64,000 bases of DNA from Candidatus Eiseniibacteriota bacterium (GTDB taxonomy: Bacteria > Eisenbacteria > RBG-16-71-46 > JABDJR01): assembly GCA_963762255.1 (NCBI GenBank), contig CAVXKA010000002.1, positions 96,001 to 160,000 of the forward strand, in the 5' to 3' direction. The number at the start of each line of letters is the position of its first letter. The stretch's first letter is position 1. A program made the position numbers and the translations under genes. Positions 60,133 to 64,000 of this stretch are shown in pieces. The notes beneath the pieces were generated by a model that saw only the letters and a program-made list of their open reading frames with translations, did no database searches and was not told the DNA's origin.

Positions 60133-60775
60133 ATGATCACGCGCGTTCTTCTGGTGACGCTGGCGATGAGCGGGGCGGCGGCGGTCGCCTGGGCAGAGGC
60201 GCCCATCGTTCCCACGCCGCATATCTATCTGAGCCCCACGGCCGGGATCGCGCGTTGGGACAAGCACTCCTTCGAGAGTGCGGAGGTACCCGATCGCACA
60301 GCCCCTCTCTACGGGGGGCGAGTCGGGTACACCCCGATCGAGGCGTTCTCCGCCGAGGTCGTTCTGTTGACCGGCCGCAACGATGTCGAGGTTGGGGGCA
60401 GCTCCCATTCGGTGAGGCTCACCTCCGCCGAGGCCTCCATGCTGGTCAACTTCAAGAACCCTCATGGACACGCCGGTCTATCCATTCCTTGCGCTGGGGG
60501 CTGGAGCGTCGATTCGCAGGGGGCCCGCCGTCGTTCTTCCCGAAGCGTACGACTTCGACGATACGCATCTCAGCTTCCACCTCGGCGGGGGGGCGAAGGT
60601 GGATCTGGCCCCTCGGTGGGGAGCGCGACTCATCGTGCGCGATACGTTCTTCACCGACACCCAGGTCGAGGAGAATCGTGAGACGCAGGTGACGGTGGAC
60701 GTGGTGGAGGTGAGCGCCTCGATCGAGTACCGCATCCCATTGGGGCGTGGCGGAGGTCCGAAGCGGCTGCGGTGA
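60133..60775 (+). CDS. Outer-membrane beta-barrel protein, interrupted by +1 frameshift at CCC 60459-60461
   Basis: SD GGAGG, signal peptide, YGGRVGY in frame 1; YPFLALGAG, FHLGGG, SIEYRI in frame 2. Confidence 0.72.
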
Positions 60776-60837
60776 TTGGATCCCGCGGGCGTCGGCAAGT
60801 TGCTTTCCATCGAGATGGAGGATTTTGGGCGGCTCCA

Positions 60838-60866
60838 TTGACAGTTGGCAGGATTGCACTTAGATT
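60838..60866 (+). promoter_or_regulatory. Strong sigma70 promoter TTGACA-N17-TAGATT
   Basis: Consensus -35, 17-nt spacer; predicted start ~60873 coincides with the 5' end of the rod-shaped fold. Confidence 0.75.
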
Positions 60867-60872
60867 GAGTTG

Positions 60873-61053
60873 AACCGAACGGGACCACGCCGACTCGAAT
60901 GGGGGGTGTCGGGGTGGAGCGGAAGGGCAAGGCAGCAGCGATCAGACTCTGGCATTTCTGACCTCCTTAGCACCAGGGTTCGGTCGAAGACCCAACTGCC
61001 GCCCCGGCTCCCCACTACTTTGCTCCTTGGCTTGGTCGGTGGTTCCCTCGGTT
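60873..61053 (+). ncRNA. Candidate ~180-nt rod-shaped ncRNA (novel sRNA or divergent 6S RNA)
   Basis: End-to-end nested helices with several G-U pairs on + strand; own promoter; anti-SD apical loop. Confidence 0.6.
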
Positions 61054-61184
61054 GGACTCTGGACCCTCCCCGGATTCTTCTCCCGCGTGATGCGGGCCTG
61101 CTGTCCGCTGCCTCGCCTCATCTGATACCATCAACGATTCAGACGCAGCCCCGGATCCTCGGGCTTGGGAGCGAGTGTACCGGC

Positions 61185-61643
61185 ATGTTATATCGATGGT
61201 TCCGCCGTCCGGCGGCTTGGCTTGCGGTCGTCGGCCTGCTGGCGCAGACCGCGTGCGCCGGGGGTGCCAAGACCCTGAACCTGGCCGACTTGGCCGATCC
61301 CAAGCCGGCCAGCGCCTATCTCGTTTTCCTGCGTGACGGAACTGCCCGAACCCTCATCTCTCTTCATCGGGAGGGAGATTGGCTCCTGGGCACCGAGCGA
61401 ATCACCGTGACGCAGACCCTCGGCGAGGGGGAGACCGTCCGCACGAACGTCACCAATCGCTATCAGGATGTGCGGCTTCCCATGGCGGAGGTGGAACGCG
61501 TCGACGCCGAGGGGAGTAAGGGGATGGACGGGAGCCTGTTCATGGCCGCCGGAGGCCTTATGCTCGGGGTGGCGGCTTTCATCCTCCTCACCCAGGATTC
61601 CGACCCGGCTTCCTCCGATGGGGGAGGCGTCAAGACAAAATGA
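61185..61643 (+). CDS. Hypothetical lipoprotein with C-terminal hydrophobic helix
   Basis: Lipobox-like QTAC after hydrophobic stretch; C-terminal TM segment. Confidence 0.65.
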   Translation: MLYRWFRRPAAWLAVVGLLAQTACAGGAKTLNLADLADPKPASAYLVFLRDGTARTLISLHREGDWLLGTERITVTQTLGEGETVRTNVTNRYQDVRLPMAEVERVDAEGSKGMDGSLFMAAGGLMLGVAAFILLTQDSDPASSDGGGVKTK

Positions 61644-61710
61644 AGCGGGCCGTCGGCGGCCATCACAAAGACATCAGCTTTGCAGTCAACTGGAAGGAGA
61701 TCGCTCTAGA

Positions 61711-62043
61711 ATGGGAAAGAACACGGTAGAGCTCACGGACGCCAACTTCGCCACGACGGTGGAGCAGTCTGAAGTGCCGGTGATGGTGGATTTCTGGGCG
61801 CCGTGGTGCGGGCCCTGCCGACTCGTCGGCCCCATCGTCGAGGAACTGGCCGAGACGTACACGGGCCGGTTGCAGGTGGGGAAGCTGAACACCGACGACA
61901 ACCCCGCGGTGGCCTCGCAGTTCAACATTCGCTCCATTCCCACGATCCTCTTCTTCAAGAACGGCCAGGTGGTGGATCACGTCGTGGGTGCGGTTCCCCG
62001 CGAGAAGCTGCAGAAGAAGGTGGATGAGATTCTGGGCGCCTGA
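61711..62043 (+). CDS. trxA: Thioredoxin
   Basis: DFWAPWCGPC, IRSIPT; SD AAGGAG. Confidence 0.96.
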   Translation: MGKNTVELTDANFATTVEQSEVPVMVDFWAPWCGPCRLVGPIVEELAETYTGRLQVGKLNTDDNPAVASQFNIRSIPTILFFKNGQVVDHVVGAVPREKLQKKVDEILGA

Positions 62044-62062
62044 TACGGCGTCGAGCTCGAGC

Positions 62063-62100
62063 GCGCCCCGGGTCCACGGCGGGTCCGGGGCGTCTTCGTT
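62063..62100 (+). terminator. Probable intrinsic terminator after trxA
   Basis: GCGCCCCGG/CCGGGGCGT stem followed by CTTCGTT. Confidence 0.55.
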
Positions 62101-62116
62101 CACCGCCGGAGGCGCG

Positions 62117-62145
62117 TTGAGCCTCTCGGGAGCGCGTGCTAGCGT
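62117..62145 (+). promoter_or_regulatory. sigma70 promoter TTGAGC-N17-TAGCGT (leaderless methyltransferase-bshC)
   Basis: 17-nt spacer, TG extension, ATG 7 nt after the -10, no SD. Confidence 0.55.
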
Positions 62146-62152
62146 CACGATC

Positions 62153-62899
62153 ATGCCCCCCTGGTACGATCGCGCCTTCGGTCCCTGGTATCTGAAGCTC
62201 TATCCCCATCGGGGCCGGGACGAGGCGGAGCGCGCCGTCTCCGCGCTGCTCCCGTTCCTGCCAGCCTCGGGAGCGCTGCTCGACGCGGGGTGCGGATCGG
62301 GCCGTCACATGGGAGCACTCGTCGAGCGAGGCTACCGCGTCACGGGACTGGATCGTTCCCGCGTCCTCCTCGCCGAAGCCGGGCGCGATCGCGCCATCGC
62401 CGGATCTCTCGTGCGAGGTGACATGCGCCGCCTGCCGTTCCGATCCGGTGCGTTCGCCGGCGTCCTCAGCATGTTCACGAGCTTCGGCTACTTCGAGACC
62501 GCGGACGCCAACACACGCCTCCTGACCGAGTACGCGCGTGTCGCGCAGCCGGCGGGGCTGCTCGTTCTGGACTATGTGAACGCGGCGCGGATTCGAGCCT
62601 CCCTGGAGGAGGAGAGCACGCGGCGGGTGGACGGATGCCACGTGAGGGAGCGGCGACGCATCGAGCGCGACCCGGATGGCGAGCGCGTCGTGAAGGAGAT
62701 CGACATCACTGCGGAGACGGGCGCCGTCGTAGAGCGATACTGCGAGTCGGTCGCTCTCTACGACCGTCCTCGACTTCTGGAGATGCTCGCAGCGGCGGGG
62801 TGGCGCGAGCGCGCCAGCCTCGGGGACTACGGCGGGGGGCCCTGGCACGCCGAGGCGGAGCGCCTCATCGTGATCGGCGAGCGCGGTGGAGATCGATGA
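62153..62899 (+). CDS. Class I SAM-dependent methyltransferase (candidate bacillithiol N-methyltransferase)
   Basis: LDAGCGSGRH, GLD, GDMR, MFTSFGYF; stop overlaps bshC start (ATGA). Confidence 0.85.
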   Translation: MPPWYDRAFGPWYLKLYPHRGRDEAERAVSALLPFLPASGALLDAGCGSGRHMGALVERGYRVTGLDRSRVLLAEAGRDRAIAGSLVRGDMRRLPFRSGAFAGVLSMFTSFGYFETADANTRLLTEYARVAQPAGLLVLDYVNAARIRASLEEESTRRVDGCHVRERRRIERDPDGERVVKEIDITAETGAVVERYCESVALYDRPRLLEMLAAAGWRERASLGDYGGGPWHAEAERLIVIGERGGDR

Positions 62900-64000
62900 A
62901 GGCGCCCCTTCTCTCCTGGGTGTCGCCGGGCGCGCCGGTGGGACTGCCCGAACTCCCGCCGCCCGCTCCCAAGCATCTTTCCGCAGCGTTGATCGATCGC
63001 TGGCGCACGGCGCTGGGCGAATGGGGGGCGCCGCCGCTGGTGCGATCCAAGCTCGAATCGCTCTCGGATCCCCGAACCGAGGTGATCGTGACCGGTCAGC
63101 AGCCCGGCATGTGGGGCGGGCCGCTCTACTCGATGTACAAGGCCGCCACCGCGGTCGCGCTTGCCGAGCGTCGCGCACGATCTTCCGAAATTCCCACCGT
63201 GGCGGTCTTCTGGATCAACGCCGACGACACCGACTGGGATGAGGTGGCGTGGGGCGCGATTCCGCTTCCCGACCTGTCGCTCTTCCGTGCCCGCTGGGAG
63301 GGGTCCCCGGGCGCGCGGCGCTGGGTCGGGGGCGCCCGGGTGAGCGAACCGCCCGGCGCGCGTGAGGCCTTTGGAGCGTGGCCAAGCGCCGGCCCTCTGG
63401 TCGGCGGGCCGCGCGGCGAGGACCCGGTGGAACTCGGTGACGCCTTCGCGCGCACGCTCCTCACCTGGTTCGGCGACCGCGGCCTCGTGCCGCTCGACGC
63501 CCGCTGGCCGGAGGTGCGAGCCGCCGCTGAATCGCTCTGGCGCGACTACATGGACCGCCACGATGCGCTCGCGGCGGCGGTGCGCGCGAAGGGTGAGGCG
63601 TTGAGGCGCCTCGGCGAAGCCGCGCCGATCGACGACGAGGCGGCGGAACGCGGGCTCTTCATTCTCGACGGGGATCGCCGTCTGGCTCCGGACACGCCGG
63701 AGTGGGCGGCGGGCGTCCGTGCGCTTCTCGACCGCGGGGAGGCGGCGCAACTCGCTCCCTCGGTGCTCCTGCGCGCGGTGTTGCAGGACCGGATGTTCGG
63801 TACGTCCGCCCATGTGGTGGGCGACGCCGAGGCCGCCTACCTGAAGCAGCTTGCTCCGGTGTACGAGGCGCTCTCGGTGCGTTCCCCCGCGCGGGTACCG
63901 CGCTTGCGCGCGACCATCGTGCCGGAAGGGCTCGCTCCCCTCGATCGCATCGCGGAGGTCTGCTCGGATCCGGAGGCGTGGCTGAGCGAGGAGGCACGCG
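62896..64000 (+). CDS. bshC: Bacillithiol biosynthesis cysteine-adding enzyme BshC (3'-truncated by window edge)
   Basis: Manual translation: VTGQQPGMWGGPLYSMYKA, VFWINADDTDWDEV, PSVLLRAVLQD, VVGDAEAAY; absent from ORF track because no stop in window. Confidence 0.85.
   Translation, partial: MKAPLLSWVSPGAPVGLPELPPPAPKHLSAALIDRWRTALGEWGAPPLVRSKLESLSDPRTEVIVTGQQPGMWGGPLYSMYKAATAVALAERRARSSEIPTVAVFWINADDTDWDEVAWGAIPLPDLSLFRARWEGSPGARRWVGGARVSEPPGAREAFGAWPSAGPLVGGPRGEDPVELGDAFARTLLTWFGDRGLVPLDARWPEVRAAAESLWRDYMDRHDALAAAVRAKGEALRRLGEAAPIDDEAAERGLFILDGDRRLAPDTPEWAAGVRALLDRGEAAQLAPSVLLRAVLQDRMFGTSAHVVGDAEAAYLKQLAPVYEALSVRSPARVPRLRATIVPEGLAPLDRIAEVCSDPEAWLSEEAR

Noticed and set aside
60908-60942. 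GGAAGG..GCAGCAGCGAT resemblance to SRP RNA helix 8
   Set aside because: No CAGG strand or pairing stem around a GNRA loop; segment participates in a different fold

Overview
High-GC, densely coding chromosomal segment with about 50 CDS and two tRNAs (Leu-CAA, Ala-GGC). I found no integrase, transposase, prophage or CRISPR array. Gene content suggests a diderm of the FCB-related candidate lineages such as Eisenbacteria, Krumholzibacteriota or Latescibacterota (inference from a C-terminal TWGxxK-type secreted protein, an FlgD-Ig-tailed S8 protease, lapA/lapB-like genes and bshC). Core content: folC, proS, larE-aroDE-trpE-trpF-trpB-trpA-aroF, an atypical kinase, three GT-C membrane glycosyltransferases (two with TPR tails), acyl-CoA dehydrogenase, NYN protein, apbC, CarD-like factor, LonC-like protease, a giant GreA, S2P-scpA-scpB, aroA-cmk-rpsA-mtaB-miaB-lapAB-SPOR-mutS, trxA, and a methyltransferase coupled to bshC. 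Two genes carry +1 frameshifts that are probably consensus errors. Most notable unannotated signals: (1) a promoter-driven ~180-nt rod-shaped RNA at 60873-61053 whose apical loop is the exact complement of an ideal SD+AUG; (2) a strongly expressed Cys-rich secreted protein with a C-terminal TWGRVK motif and a switch-like 5' leader; (3) a sigma54-type promoter in front of a 52-aa ORF beside tRNA-Leu; (4) a probable N-methyl-bacillithiol operon; (5) repeated leaderless promoter architecture. All folds and motif matches were made by eye, with no database searches.
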